DNA of 64,000 bases from Syntrophaceae bacterium UBA2280 (lineage in GTDB: Bacteria > Desulfobacterota > Syntrophia > Syntrophales > Smithellaceae): NCBI GenBank assembly GCA_002347685.1, contig DDWS01000004.1:64360-128359 (forward strand), read 5' to 3'. The notes under the pieces are model-generated. The model worked only from the letters and a program-made list of their open reading frames with translations, made no database searches and was not told where the DNA came from. The number at the start of each line of letters is the position of its first letter. Within the stretch, counting starts at the first letter, position 1. Below are positions 51,121-61,002 of this stretch, piece after piece. Made by a program: the position numbers and the translations under genes.

Positions 51121-53880
51121 ATGCTTTGGAATAATCATCGATTTCATAAAATAGTTTTTTTCTTTGCGGTTGTCCTCATCTGGACGGCATTGTGCGCTTC
51201 TGCGGCCCTGGCCAAAACGTACGGTGTGCATTTTTCTTCCTACAAAACGCTTAAGCAGGCTGAAGAAGAAATCGGGAAAATGAAATCGCTCGGATATGAG
51301 GCATACGCCGTTGAGACAGATTTGCAGGATATGGGCATATGGCATCGGGTGTTTGCGGGAAGGTATGACACTCACCGAAAAGCCGTTGTCGCTGCGGAAC
51401 GGATGAAGAAAAAGAAGATCATCGATCAGTATTTTATTCGTGTTGTGCCCCAGACGGTTGTGCGAGAGAAACAGGTAGTAGCGTCTGCGGCGAAAAAAAC
51501 ACAAGATGCACAGTCCCTTTCGAAAAAGGCTTTCGTGGTTGGAAACACCACCAGCAAACGGTATCATCTGCCGGGTATGCCCTATTACAGCAAGGTCAGA
51601 AAACATCACCGGGTCTTGTTTTCCTCGGAACAGGAAGCCATTGCACAGGGATATTACAAGGCCGGTACTGGCCCGGATGCGGAGAAATCACAAGAGAAGC
51701 CCGTTTTGGAAAGAAAGCCCATTCCGGAAAGAAAAGCCGTTCCAAAAATGCCGCCTGTTTCCCTGGAACCCTTAACAGCACCGCAACCGGCAGACGGACC
51801 CCCGCCGGCGGCACCCCGAAGCTCCGGCGCGAAAAACATCCTCGAACCGCTCAAATTAATTGATGAAAGCCTCGTGGACAGCATGGAATTCAAACATCCG
51901 GACGATTTAGAGATCGTCGAGCCTGAATCGGGCTCACCCCTGTACAGTCAGGCGCTGGGAGAATTAAAAGCCAAGAAGTACGAGCAGGCGCTTGTAACCT
52001 TCAAGGAGTTTATCTCCCGAGAGGACACGGACAAAGAATGGGGACAGCGGGCGCTGAGGCACATGGCGGATTGCCACTACTACCTGGGCAAACAGGGAAA
52101 CAAGCAAAATCTGCTGATTGCCGCCGAATTTTATAAAAATACGCTTCAGAGTTTTCCAGATCCGCGGCCGGAAAATGCCTTGACTTACTATCGTCTCGCC
52201 CGCACCTATGAACATCTGAAATACTATTCGGAAAGCATCCGGCAGTACCAGAATCTGATTGCTAAATATCCTGATTCTTCTTATGAGGCCGAAGGCTATT
52301 TCAAGATAGGCGATATTTATTATCAGGACGGCAAATACGTGCAGGCCGCCGACAGTCTGATTCACTATCTCCGCAAGTACAGGGGAGCGATACGCGCCAA
52401 AGAATCTTTTTATCTGATTGCCCATGCATTTTATAAATCCAGGCAATCGGCCAACGCTGAAATATGGTTTCGGGATGCGCAAAAAAAATGGCCGTCGCTC
52501 GTCGGTGTGCCGCGCGGAATCATCCTGGATCTCGGTCTGCACAAGATGGAGATGCGCCGGTACAATGAAGCGATCAGCGCTTTCTCATATTATGCCAATC
52601 TATACCCGGAGGATGAAAAGATCCGCGAAGTTCTGCTGCATCTGGCCGATGCCTACGTCAAAGACGGTCAGTTTTCGTCCGCTCTGGCCGTCTATAGCCG
52701 GATCATTGACAAATATCCGGATCATCCCGACGCGACCCCGGCAATACTGGCCATGGCATCGCTGGGTGTCCAAAAACCGGGCGTGAAGGCGTTTTCTCAT
52801 ATGAACCACCTGCACTACTATCAAAATCCCATCGATGCCTACGATACGGTCATCATGAAATACCCAACCACCCCATATGCCGAAGAAGCGCTTTTGAAGA
52901 AGGGGGACGCGCTGGCCGGAACAAAACAGAAGCGCCGGGCGGCCGAAATTTATCTGGAATTTCTCAATTTGTACCCGGAAAGCAAACTGGCGGCGGATGC
53001 CGCGCGGGGTCTGAAATCGGCTTCAGCGGATATGATTGATGAATATTACGCAAAAAAGGACTATCTGGCTGTTGCCTATATTTACTTTACCTCGTTTGGT
53101 TCCGTTGCGCTTAAGGAGGATGAATACGACCAGATGAACAAGATTGCGCAGAGTTTAAAAGCGCTGGGCCTTATGGACGACTACCAAAGGATTCTGGCCG
53201 CCTATCTTGGGGTTGCAAAGGACGAAGCCAGCATCAATCAGGTTAGTATCGACATGGCCGAGGGTTTGATGATTCAGGGAAAATATAATCAGGCCGAGCG
53301 TCTGCTTTCGGATCTGATGGGTAAACCGTCCGTGAAAAAAGACGCCGCGACCTTGACAGCCGTTCGCTCAAATCTGGCCGACATTTCATTTCGGCGGGGA
53401 CGATACGGACAAGCCGCAGCCGATTACGGGGATGTGGTGCGTTCCGGTCAGAAGTTAGGTGAGCCGGCGCGTGTCTATACCAATTACGCCAGAGCACTAC
53501 GTGAACAAAATGAAAACGTCCAGGCGCTGCAAACCTATCTGGCGGCGCTCAAGTACTTTAACGGAGAGAAAAAACAGAAAGTCAACGCGGGCGTGGCCTA
53601 TAAGGAAATTGGAGATTTATATCTGCAGGCCAAAAACTTGCCCGACGGCGCACAGATGTATTCCAAATCCGTCCAAAATACGGAGAACCGGGAATTAAGG
53701 CTGTGGTCTCAGTTTCTTCTGGGCCAGGCCTATATGCAGATGTCACGGACCGACGATGCGCAAAACACGTTCAATCAGATCAGGGCCGCTGCGGGGACCG
53801 ACGGTTTCTGGGGTACCGTGCTGGATTACTACATCAGTGACAGGCAGTGGTGGGAAAAGTACGGATCTCAAATAAAGTAA
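51121..53880 (+). CDS. secreted/periplasmic SPOR-domain + multi-TPR protein (919 aa)
   Basis: It has a signal-peptide-like N-terminus. YGVHFSSYKTLKQAEEEI.K.KSLGYEAY.......GIWHRVFAGRY is SPOR-like. Many TPR-like Y/A/L repeats fill the rest. Confidence 0.8.
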   Translation: MLWNNHRFHKIVFFFAVVLIWTALCASAALAKTYGVHFSSYKTLKQAEEEIGKMKSLGYEAYAVETDLQDMGIWHRVFAGRYDTHRKAVVAAERMKKKKIIDQYFIRVVPQTVVREKQVVASAAKKTQDAQSLSKKAFVVGNTTSKRYHLPGMPYYSKVRKHHRVLFSSEQEAIAQGYYKAGTGPDAEKSQEKPVLERKPIPERKAVPKMPPVSLEPLTAPQPADGPPPAAPRSSGAKNILEPLKLIDESLVDSMEFKHPDDLEIVEPESGSPLYSQALGELKAKKYEQALVTFKEFISREDTDKEWGQRALRHMADCHYYLGKQGNKQNLLIAAEFYKNTLQSFPDPRPENALTYYRLARTYEHLKYYSESIRQYQNLIAKYPDSSYEAEGYFKIGDIYYQDGKYVQAADSLIHYLRKYRGAIRAKESFYLIAHAFYKSRQSANAEIWFRDAQKKWPSLVGVPRGIILDLGLHKMEMRRYNEAISAFSYYANLYPEDEKIREVLLHLADAYVKDGQFSSALAVYSRIIDKYPDHPDATPAILAMASLGVQKPGVKAFSHMNHLHYYQNPIDAYDTVIMKYPTTPYAEEALLKKGDALAGTKQKRRAAEIYLEFLNLYPESKLAADAARGLKSASADMIDEYYAKKDYLAVAYIYFTSFGSVALKEDEYDQMNKIAQSLKALGLMDDYQRILAAYLGVAKDEASINQVSIDMAEGLMIQGKYNQAERLLSDLMGKPSVKKDAATLTAVRSNLADISFRRGRYGQAAADYGDVVRSGQKLGEPARVYTNYARALREQNENVQALQTYLAALKYFNGEKKQKVNAGVAYKEIGDLYLQAKNLPDGAQMYSKSVQNTENRELRLWSQFLLGQAYMQMSRTDDAQNTFNQIRAAAGTDGFWGTVLDYYISDRQWWEKYGSQIK

Positions 53881-53900
53881 CAAGGAACAGGAATCAGCGC

Positions 53901-55121
53901 ATGCAAGATTTGGCCGAACTGCAGAAATCATTTGAAAGCTTCAATAAAGCGACGGCGGAGCTTGAGCGAGCCTATCTGCGGCTCGAAGAGAGGTTTGCCC
54001 TGCTCAACCAGGAGCTGGAGGAGAAAAACGCCGAACTCATCAAGACCGTTACGGAAAAAGAGCAGACGAAGAACTATCTGCAAAATATTCTGGAGAGCCT
54101 GATCAACGGTGTCATCGTGACGGATCTCAACGGGCGGATATCCACGCTCAACTCGTGTGCGGAAGTATTTACCGGCGCGCGTCAATCGGAGGTGACAGGA
54201 CGACACATCGGTATCCTGCTGGAATCGATGACAGGTCATGACTGGCAGACGATGAACCTGGAAGAATATTTTAAGGGGGAGTCCGGGCACAAGGTGAAAA
54301 TAAATGACAGGACCCTCGAAATATTCGGGTCGCCTTTTCAATCCACCGATGGTGAAACGATAGGGCATGTCCTTGTGCTGCGTGATATCACGAGGATCGA
54401 GCGGCTCGAAGAGATGGCCAAGAGAACCGAGAAGTTCGAATCGATGGGCGAAATGGCCGCCAATATCGCCCATGAAGTCCGCAATCCTCTCGGCAGTATC
54501 GAATTATTCGCTTCACTGCTTTTAAAAAAGCTAAGCGATCCGAAGGATCGGGAGCGGGTTGTGCAGATTATTTCCTCGGTAAAAAATGTGGACAACAAAA
54601 TATCGAACCTGCTTTTGTTTACGCGCAGACCCACACCGCAGATGCGGCGCATGAATCTGCGCAAGGTCCTGGCGGAGGTGATCAGCTTTTCCGATCAGAT
54701 TATGGAGCAAGGCGGCATAGAATTGTCCGTCCGGTACGCGGATGAGGACATGGACATCGCCGGGGATCCGGAAATGATCAAACAGGTCTTTTTGAATATT
54801 CTGCTCAATGCCCAGCAGGCCATGCCGGAAGGAGGGAGGCTGAATGTCATGACGCGAATTTTGCCCCGCAGTCTTCTGGCGGACGATCAGCAGATCGCGG
54901 AAGTCATTTTTCAAGACATAGGCCCGGGCATTCCAGAATCCAATCTCTCCCGGATATTTGATCCGTTTTTCAGCAATCGCGAAGGCGGATCCGGGCTGGG
55001 TCTGGCTATTGTGCATAATATTGTCAGTGAACATCAGGGTTCGATATCAGTGGAAAACGCGCCACAGGGAGGCATGATCGTCAATGTCGGTTTTCCCGTG
55101 CTGCCGGCAGATCGCTCTTGA
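53901..55121 (+). CDS. cytoplasmic PAS-sensor histidine kinase (FlrB/AtoS-like)
   Basis: It has the H-box (MAANIAHEVRNPL), the N-box (LLNAQQAM) and the G-boxes (DIGPGI and GGSGLGLAI). ATG 53901 lies after the upstream stop. Confidence 0.85.
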   Translation: MQDLAELQKSFESFNKATAELERAYLRLEERFALLNQELEEKNAELIKTVTEKEQTKNYLQNILESLINGVIVTDLNGRISTLNSCAEVFTGARQSEVTGRHIGILLESMTGHDWQTMNLEEYFKGESGHKVKINDRTLEIFGSPFQSTDGETIGHVLVLRDITRIERLEEMAKRTEKFESMGEMAANIAHEVRNPLGSIELFASLLLKKLSDPKDRERVVQIISSVKNVDNKISNLLLFTRRPTPQMRRMNLRKVLAEVISFSDQIMEQGGIELSVRYADEDMDIAGDPEMIKQVFLNILLNAQQAMPEGGRLNVMTRILPRSLLADDQQIAEVIFQDIGPGIPESNLSRIFDPFFSNREGGSGLGLAIVHNIVSEHQGSISVENAPQGGMIVNVGFPVLPADRS

Positions 55122-55136
55122 AGGGGGATATTGTAG

Positions 55137-56546
55137 ATGTCCAACGCGGAAAAATTGTTGATTGTTGATGACGATCAGTCCATGAGGATGGCTCTTTCCG
55201 AGTCGCTGACCTCCTGCGGCTATGATGTGGAAACAGCCGAAAACGGAGCGGATGCGCTCGTCAAGTTCAAAAGCGGCCGGTTTGCCGGCGTCGTCACCGA
55301 TATGCGGATGCCGAAAATGAGCGGCATGGACGTTTTAAGAGGCGTCAAAAGAATATCCCCTCAAACGCCCGTGATTCTGATCACGGCGTACGGTACCGTC
55401 AACACGGCTGTGGAAGCCATGAAAGAGGGTGCTTCCGAATTTATCATGAAACCGTTTTCACTCGACGACCTCGAGTTTGCCGTCAAAAATGTGCTGGCCG
55501 CCAATGTGCAGGCCGGCATGGATGCGGAAGAGCAGTCAAAAGAGGGGGCGGTGTATCCGCACAAAGAGATTATCACCCAGGACAAAAAAATTCTCGAGCT
55601 TCTCGATATGCTCAAGACGGTCGCGCCGAGCAAATCCAGCATCATGATCCAGGGGGAAAGCGGAACCGGGAAGGAGCTTTTTGCCCGTTTCGTTTATCGT
55701 CACAGCCACCGGCGCAAGATGCCCTTTATCGCGGTGAATTGCGCGGCCATTCCCGCGCAGCTTCTGGAAAGTGAAATGTTCGGCTTTGAAAAGGGTGCTT
55801 TCACCGGCGCGTCGGTCAAGAAACTCGGTAAATTCGAACTGGCCGACGGCGGAACACTCCTTCTCGATGAAATATCCGAAATGGATATGGGCCTGCAGGC
55901 AAAATTGCTGCGCGTCATTCAGGAGTCGGAGGTCGACCGCCTGGGCGGCAGGATGCCTGTCCCGGTGGATGTGCGGCTGATTGCCACCACGAATGCCGAT
56001 TTGCAGCAGAGAATTCTGCAGAAGACGTTTCGCAGCGATCTTTATTACCGCCTCAATGTGATCCCGGTGATTGTTCCGCCGCTGCGGGAGCGAAGCGGCG
56101 ATATTTTGCTTCTGGCTGACTATTTTATCCGTAAATACAGCGAAGTCAATGAGAAGAAAGAACCGGGGCTGACTCAAGATGCCAAATCCATCATGATGGC
56201 TTATGACTGGCCGGGAAACGTCCGCGAACTCGAAAATGTCATCGAACGGGCGGTACTCATCTGCGCGGGAGGGCCTATCGGCGCAGGGCATCTTTTTCTA
56301 AAGAAGGATTCCGGGCGCGAAAAGGCGGCAAGGGTGGGTGAGGGCGATACGGAGGTACGGCGTCAGGAAAATGACGGCGATCAGTCAAACACCCTGTATC
56401 AGATGGAAAAAAATATGATTTTTGACACGCTCAATAAAGTTAACTGGAATAAGACGAAAGCGTCAAAAATATTAGGCATCAGCGTGCGTACCATGCGCAA
56501 TAAATTAAACGAGTACGGTATCCAGGATCCGAATTCGGAAGATTGA
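55137..56546 (+). CDS. sigma-54-dependent response regulator (FlrC/FleR/AtoC-like)
   Basis: It has LLIVDDD....VVTDMRMPKMSG, GESGTGKE, EKGAFTGA and the HTH segment NKTKASKILGISVRTMRNKL. Confidence 0.9.
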   Translation: MSNAEKLLIVDDDQSMRMALSESLTSCGYDVETAENGADALVKFKSGRFAGVVTDMRMPKMSGMDVLRGVKRISPQTPVILITAYGTVNTAVEAMKEGASEFIMKPFSLDDLEFAVKNVLAANVQAGMDAEEQSKEGAVYPHKEIITQDKKILELLDMLKTVAPSKSSIMIQGESGTGKELFARFVYRHSHRRKMPFIAVNCAAIPAQLLESEMFGFEKGAFTGASVKKLGKFELADGGTLLLDEISEMDMGLQAKLLRVIQESEVDRLGGRMPVPVDVRLIATTNADLQQRILQKTFRSDLYYRLNVIPVIVPPLRERSGDILLLADYFIRKYSEVNEKKEPGLTQDAKSIMMAYDWPGNVRELENVIERAVLICAGGPIGAGHLFLKKDSGREKAARVGEGDTEVRRQENDGDQSNTLYQMEKNMIFDTLNKVNWNKTKASKILGISVRTMRNKLNEYGIQDPNSED

Positions 56547-56554
56547 GAGGATCC

Positions 56555-56570
56555 TGGTACGCGATTTGCA
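56555..56570 (+). promoter_or_regulatory. sigma-54 promoter TGGTACGCGATTTGCA upstream of flgB
   Basis: It matches TGGCACG-N4-TTGCW at exact spacing, 9 nt after the regulator's stop codon. Confidence 0.65.
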
Positions 56571-56594
56571 AACTTGTTTTGCGAGGCGATAAAA

Positions 56595-56975
56595 ATGGAA
56601 CCACTGTTTGGGAAAACATTTAACACATTATCCACGATGATGGATTACCGATCCGAGCGAAATAAGACAATCACATCTAATATCGCGAATTTGGATACGG
56701 AAGGTTATCGTCCGTCGGACTATGTTTTCAAAGATGATCTCAAGCGGGTTATGGATATGCAAATCAATCTCAAGCGGACGCATGAGAAACATTTTCCCAA
56801 TGGCCGTGACGAAATTTCCGCAAATGACTTTAAAAAGGTGACATCCGAAGAGAAAGTGGATCTGGACACGGAGATGACCAACCTGGCGGAGAACCATCTG
56901 ATGTATAATTTGACCGTCGAATTATTGGCGCGTAAATTCAAAGGCATTCGAAATGTCTTAACGGAGGCCAAGTAA
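56595..56975 (+). CDS. flgB: flagellar basal-body rod protein FlgB
   Basis: It has the motif SNIANLDTEGYRP. ATG 56595 lies downstream of the predicted sigma-54 transcription start, and the TTG at 56574 would be at or upstream of it. Confidence 0.85.
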   Translation: MEPLFGKTFNTLSTMMDYRSERNKTITSNIANLDTEGYRPSDYVFKDDLKRVMDMQINLKRTHEKHFPNGRDEISANDFKKVTSEEKVDLDTEMTNLAENHLMYNLTVELLARKFKGIRNVLTEAK

Positions 56976-56976
56976 A

Positions 56977-57402
56977 ATGGATTTTATGACGACTTTCAAG
57001 ATTACAGGAAGCGGATTGTCGGCGCAACGAAAGAAAATGGACGTCGTCACCAGCAATATTGCAAACGTGTCCACCACCAGCACGCCTGAGGGCGGTCCCT
57101 ACAAAAGGAAAGTCATGTCCTTCGCCGCGGATCCGCTGGAAAAAGGATTTGATGCAAAACTCAAAGACGCGGTCAACGCGGTCAAGGTCGGCCAGATCGT
57201 CGATGAGCAGGAGGGCTTCAAGAAAATATTCGATCCGGCACATCCCGACGCGGACAAAGACGGGATTGTAACCTTGCCCAATGTCAATTTGATGCTGGAG
57301 ATGACCGATTTGATCACGGCTTCGCGCGCCTATGAGGCCAATGCCACGGCGTTTGACGCACTCAAGAATATGGCGCTCAAGGCGATGGAGATCGGAAAAT
57401 AA
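56977..57402 (+). CDS. flgC: flagellar basal-body rod protein FlgC
   Basis: The motifs are I.GSGLSAQR..MDVV.SNIANV.TT and MTDLI.ASRAYEAN. Confidence 0.9.
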   Translation: MDFMTTFKITGSGLSAQRKKMDVVTSNIANVSTTSTPEGGPYKRKVMSFAADPLEKGFDAKLKDAVNAVKVGQIVDEQEGFKKIFDPAHPDADKDGIVTLPNVNLMLEMTDLITASRAYEANATAFDALKNMALKAMEIGK

Positions 57403-57426
57403 CGAACTTTCAGGGAGTATGACGTC

Positions 57427-57741
57427 ATGACGGATATCTTTATACGCAGCGCTGTGGATCCTCTGAAGCCCTTAACTGGTATTGAACCGCAAAAGCCCGA
57501 CGGGGTGGGCCCATCCGCGGGCGGGTCTTTCGGAAACGCTCTGAAAGATGCGATATCGGACATCCATAAGCTGCAAAGCGACGCGGATCAGGCCATTGCC
57601 AAAGTGCAGCTCGAAGACGCGGGCTCCATTCACGAAGCGATGATTGCGCTGGAGAAAGCCGGTATTTCCTTTCAGGTGATGATGCAGGTCCGTAATAAAA
57701 TTCTGGATGCCTACCAGGAAGTCATGCGGATGCAGGTTTAG
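57427..57741 (+). CDS. fliE: flagellar hook-basal body protein FliE
   Basis: The size (104 aa) and the C-terminus (HEAMIALEKA.ISFQ....VRNK...AYQE.MRMQV) fit FliE. Confidence 0.85.
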   Translation: MTDIFIRSAVDPLKPLTGIEPQKPDGVGPSAGGSFGNALKDAISDIHKLQSDADQAIAKVQLEDAGSIHEAMIALEKAGISFQVMMQVRNKILDAYQEVMRMQV

Positions 57742-57767
57742 CGTAACTCTTTGATCGGGATGATTTC

Positions 57768-59309
57768 ATGGACTCAATTTTACAATCGCTCACCAGGCTG
57801 TTTACCGGATTTGAAGCATTAAGCCCTACGCGGAAAGTCTCCGTGGTCATGGTCTTTCTCGTGGCGGCCGCCAGCATTGCGCTGATGGTCTACCTGACTG
57901 TGCAAGTCGAGTACCGGGTGCTTTTTTCGAATCTCTCCGCGGAGGACGGGGGAAGCATCGTGGAAAGACTCAGTGAGAGAAAAATCCCCTACCGGGTATC
58001 CGCCGGAGGCGGGACCATTTCCGTTCCGGCAAAACAGGTCTCCGAGTTGCGCCTTGAGATGGCAGCTTCCGGTTTGCCGCAGGGTGGTGGCGTCGGATTT
58101 GAAATCTTTGACAAAAAGACCCTGGGGGCAACCGAATTCGAACAGCAGCTCAATTACCGGCGTGCACTTCAGGGCGAACTGACCCGCACGATCAACGGAC
58201 TCGATGAAATTCAGTCCAGCCGCGTGCATATCGCTTTACCGAAGGATTCTCTTTTTACCGATCAGCAGAAAAAACCGACCGCGTCCGTAACCCTGCGAAT
58301 AAAAGCAGGTAAAAGCCTGCGCCCCGCGCAGATTGAAGGCATAGCTCATCTGGTGGCCAGTTCGATTGAGGGCATGAATCCGGGCGAGGTCATGATTGTC
58401 GATTCCCGCGGCAACATCCTTTCCGCCAAGCAGGATGACTCCAAACTTTCCGGTTTGACAGCAAGGCAGGTTGATTATCAGCGCAATATGGAACGCGATC
58501 TGGCCGCGCGTATTCAATCCATGCTGGAGAACGTGGTGGGGAAGGGCAACGCTGCCGTGCGTGTAGCGGCGGAACTGGACTTCCGCATTATGGAAAAAAC
58601 GGAAGAAAGCTACGACCCGGAAGCGCAGGTGATTCGCAGCCGGCAGCGCAACGTGGAGACGGAACATGCCGTGGGGAATAACGCGGCCGTATCGGAAAGT
58701 CCGAAAAAAGAAAGCGTCGATGAAATCGTCAACTATGAGATCAACCGGGTCGTCAGCAAGACCGTGATGCCGGTGGGTGAAACGAAGAAATTGTCCATTG
58801 CGGTTCTGGTGGACGGCAAGTATACGAAAAACGAAAACAACGAAGAAGTCTATACGGCACTCACCGCCAATGAAATTGAATCCCTGGAAAATCTGGTACG
58901 CAAGTCCGCCGGTTTTGATGCCCAGCGGGGCGATCAGGTGGTCGTAACGAATATGCCGTTTCGTAAGGCGCAAATCGAAGAAATGGAAGGCGCTACCTTC
59001 CAGAATGCTGTGGATACCGCATCCCCGATTCTCAAGTATGTCGGAATATTCGCTCTGATCGGTTTTATCTTCCTGTTTATCCTGCGACCCCTGTTAAGAA
59101 GCGTGATGAGCGCCTCTGTGTCGCCTCCGATGGCGGAAGCAGGCGCCACTGCAGCAGGTGTCGCGGGTGGTGGTTATGCCCAGCAGGGGGCACAGGAGTA
59201 CCGTCAGGCCGCAGCCGGGCGGTCGATGACGGAAACGGAGATCGCCAGAGAAATGGCACGGGTCGACGCCAAGCAGTTCGCTGATATATTGCGCAACTGG
59301 ATCAAGTAA
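57768..59309 (+). CDS. fliF: flagellar M-ring protein FliF
   Basis: LF..L...D...I...L....I.Y........I.VP...V...R..MA..GLP and GFE.FD fit FliF. It has a C-terminal TM segment and its position is before fliG. Confidence 0.9.
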   Translation: MDSILQSLTRLFTGFEALSPTRKVSVVMVFLVAAASIALMVYLTVQVEYRVLFSNLSAEDGGSIVERLSERKIPYRVSAGGGTISVPAKQVSELRLEMAASGLPQGGGVGFEIFDKKTLGATEFEQQLNYRRALQGELTRTINGLDEIQSSRVHIALPKDSLFTDQQKKPTASVTLRIKAGKSLRPAQIEGIAHLVASSIEGMNPGEVMIVDSRGNILSAKQDDSKLSGLTARQVDYQRNMERDLAARIQSMLENVVGKGNAAVRVAAELDFRIMEKTEESYDPEAQVIRSRQRNVETEHAVGNNAAVSESPKKESVDEIVNYEINRVVSKTVMPVGETKKLSIAVLVDGKYTKNENNEEVYTALTANEIESLENLVRKSAGFDAQRGDQVVVTNMPFRKAQIEEMEGATFQNAVDTASPILKYVGIFALIGFIFLFILRPLLRSVMSASVSPPMAEAGATAAGVAGGGYAQQGAQEYRQAAAGRSMTETEIAREMARVDAKQFADILRNWIK

Positions 59310-59351
59310 CCAAATCAAAGATGAAGATGTGTTTCATCAAAAGAGGACCGT

Positions 59352-60344
59352 ATGACCGGTGAAGAAAAAGCGGCCATTCTGCTTTTGTCTCTGGATGAAG
59401 ATCTGGCCGCCGCTGTGATGAAAAACTTGAGGCCGGCGGAAATCAGGCGTCTGGGCAAACAGATGAGCCGTGTCTCAAATATTCCCGCGGAAACCATCAG
59501 CTCCGTTGCCGGAGAATTCTGCACGATGGCCAAAGAGCTCGGTGGAACGATTTCCGTGCGCGACGGGGCGTCGAAGAATCTGGTCGTCAAGGCTCTGGGT
59601 GAAAAAGACGCGGAAAATATCATGGGTGATGTGGATCAGTCGATGTTTGACAATCCGATTATTGAAAGGCTTCAGGAAATCGATCCGAAAATCATGGCTG
59701 AATTCACGCGGACCGAACATCCGCAAACCATTGCCCTGATTCTAGTCCACTTAAGGCCGGAGAAAGCAGCCCAGGTGCTGGAGCATTTCTCTCAGGCGAT
59801 TCAGTATGAAATTACCAAACGCATGGCGACGCTCAAAAGTGTTCCCCGCGAATTCATCGACGAACTGGCCGCCACGCTGGAAAAGGAACTGATTATCGGC
59901 AATACGTCCGATACCCAAATGGGCGGCACCCAGGTGATCGCCGACATCCTGAACCGTATGAACCGTTCCACCGAAAACGCCATCATGACGTCGCTTGAGG
60001 ATTCCGATCCGGAACTGGCGGCGCAGATCCGCAATTATATGTTCAGCTTCGATGATATTCTGAAGCTCGACGACAAGTCCCTGCAGGAAATGATGAAGGA
60101 AGTCAGCGCCGAGGATCTGGCGCGCGCCCTCAAAATGGTAGATGACGCGCAGCGCGAACGGATCTTCAAGAACATGTCCAAGCGCGGAGCGGAGATGCTC
60201 AGAGAAGAGATATCGCTCATGCCGCCGATCCGGATATCGGAGGTCGAAGCCAGTCAGCGTAAGATAGTGGAAACGACCAAGAAACTGGAAGCGGAAGGCA
60301 GAATCGTGATTCTGCGCGGTGATGAGAAAGATGGATTCGTATAA
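59352..60344 (+). CDS. fliG: flagellar motor switch protein FliG
   Basis: The motifs are GEEKAAILLLSL.ED.AA.V.K.L...E, EHPQTIALIL, MFSFDDI..LDD and the C-terminal torque-helix region. Confidence 0.9.
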   Translation: MTGEEKAAILLLSLDEDLAAAVMKNLRPAEIRRLGKQMSRVSNIPAETISSVAGEFCTMAKELGGTISVRDGASKNLVVKALGEKDAENIMGDVDQSMFDNPIIERLQEIDPKIMAEFTRTEHPQTIALILVHLRPEKAAQVLEHFSQAIQYEITKRMATLKSVPREFIDELAATLEKELIIGNTSDTQMGGTQVIADILNRMNRSTENAIMTSLEDSDPELAAQIRNYMFSFDDILKLDDKSLQEMMKEVSAEDLARALKMVDDAQRERIFKNMSKRGAEMLREEISLMPPIRISEVEASQRKIVETTKKLEAEGRIVILRGDEKDGFV

Positions 60345-61002
60345 AACCAAAGTGATCAAAGCGACGCAAACCTTGGATACCGGGAAGACCGTGCCTTTGT
60401 CTTACGCCGGGAAGGGGAGTGTGCCCGGTACAAAAGGCCCATCGACACCCGGCACCGGTGCAAAGTCGGGAAATTCGAATCCCGGTGACGTCGGATCAGA
60501 CCGCGACGCGCAAATGAAAGACGCAAGCAAAGCGTCTTATGAAAAAGGTTATGCCGACGGTTTGGCGTTTCAGAAAAAAGATGTTGCAATGGCTCTGGAG
60601 GCTCTTTCCGCCGCGACCCGCGCGGTGCCGATGATTCATAAAGACATTCTTGCCAAAGGCGAGGAGCAGATCGTCAAACTGGCGATTGCCATTGCCGAAA
60701 AAATCCTGCACACGGAAGTGACCACCCGTAAGGACGCGATTCTGGAGGTACTGAAAAACGCCATTCGCAGTGTTGCGGATACGGATGGGATGAAAATCCG
60801 TCTCAATCCCCTGGACTTCCGCTACATGATGGAGGTGAAGAAGGATTTTCTTCAGTCGTTTGATTCGCTGCGCAACGTGATGTTTGAGGAGGACTCGTCC
60901 ATCAAAAGAGGTGGCGCGGTTGTGGAAACCGCGCTGGGTGAAGTGGACGCAAGACTCGAAAGCCAGCTCAAGGAGATTAAAACCTCCATGCTGAAATCGT
61001 GA
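60319..61002 (+). CDS. fliH: flagellar assembly protein FliH
   Basis: Its position between fliG and fliI, and the segments YEKGYADG and IVKLAIAIAEKIL, support the call. The start is ambiguous (60319, 60322 or 60331). Confidence 0.75.
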   Translation: MMRKMDSYKTKVIKATQTLDTGKTVPLSYAGKGSVPGTKGPSTPGTGAKSGNSNPGDVGSDRDAQMKDASKASYEKGYADGLAFQKKDVAMALEALSAATRAVPMIHKDILAKGEEQIVKLAIAIAEKILHTEVTTRKDAILEVLKNAIRSVADTDGMKIRLNPLDFRYMMEVKKDFLQSFDSLRNVMFEEDSSIKRGGAVVETALGEVDARLESQLKEIKTSMLKS

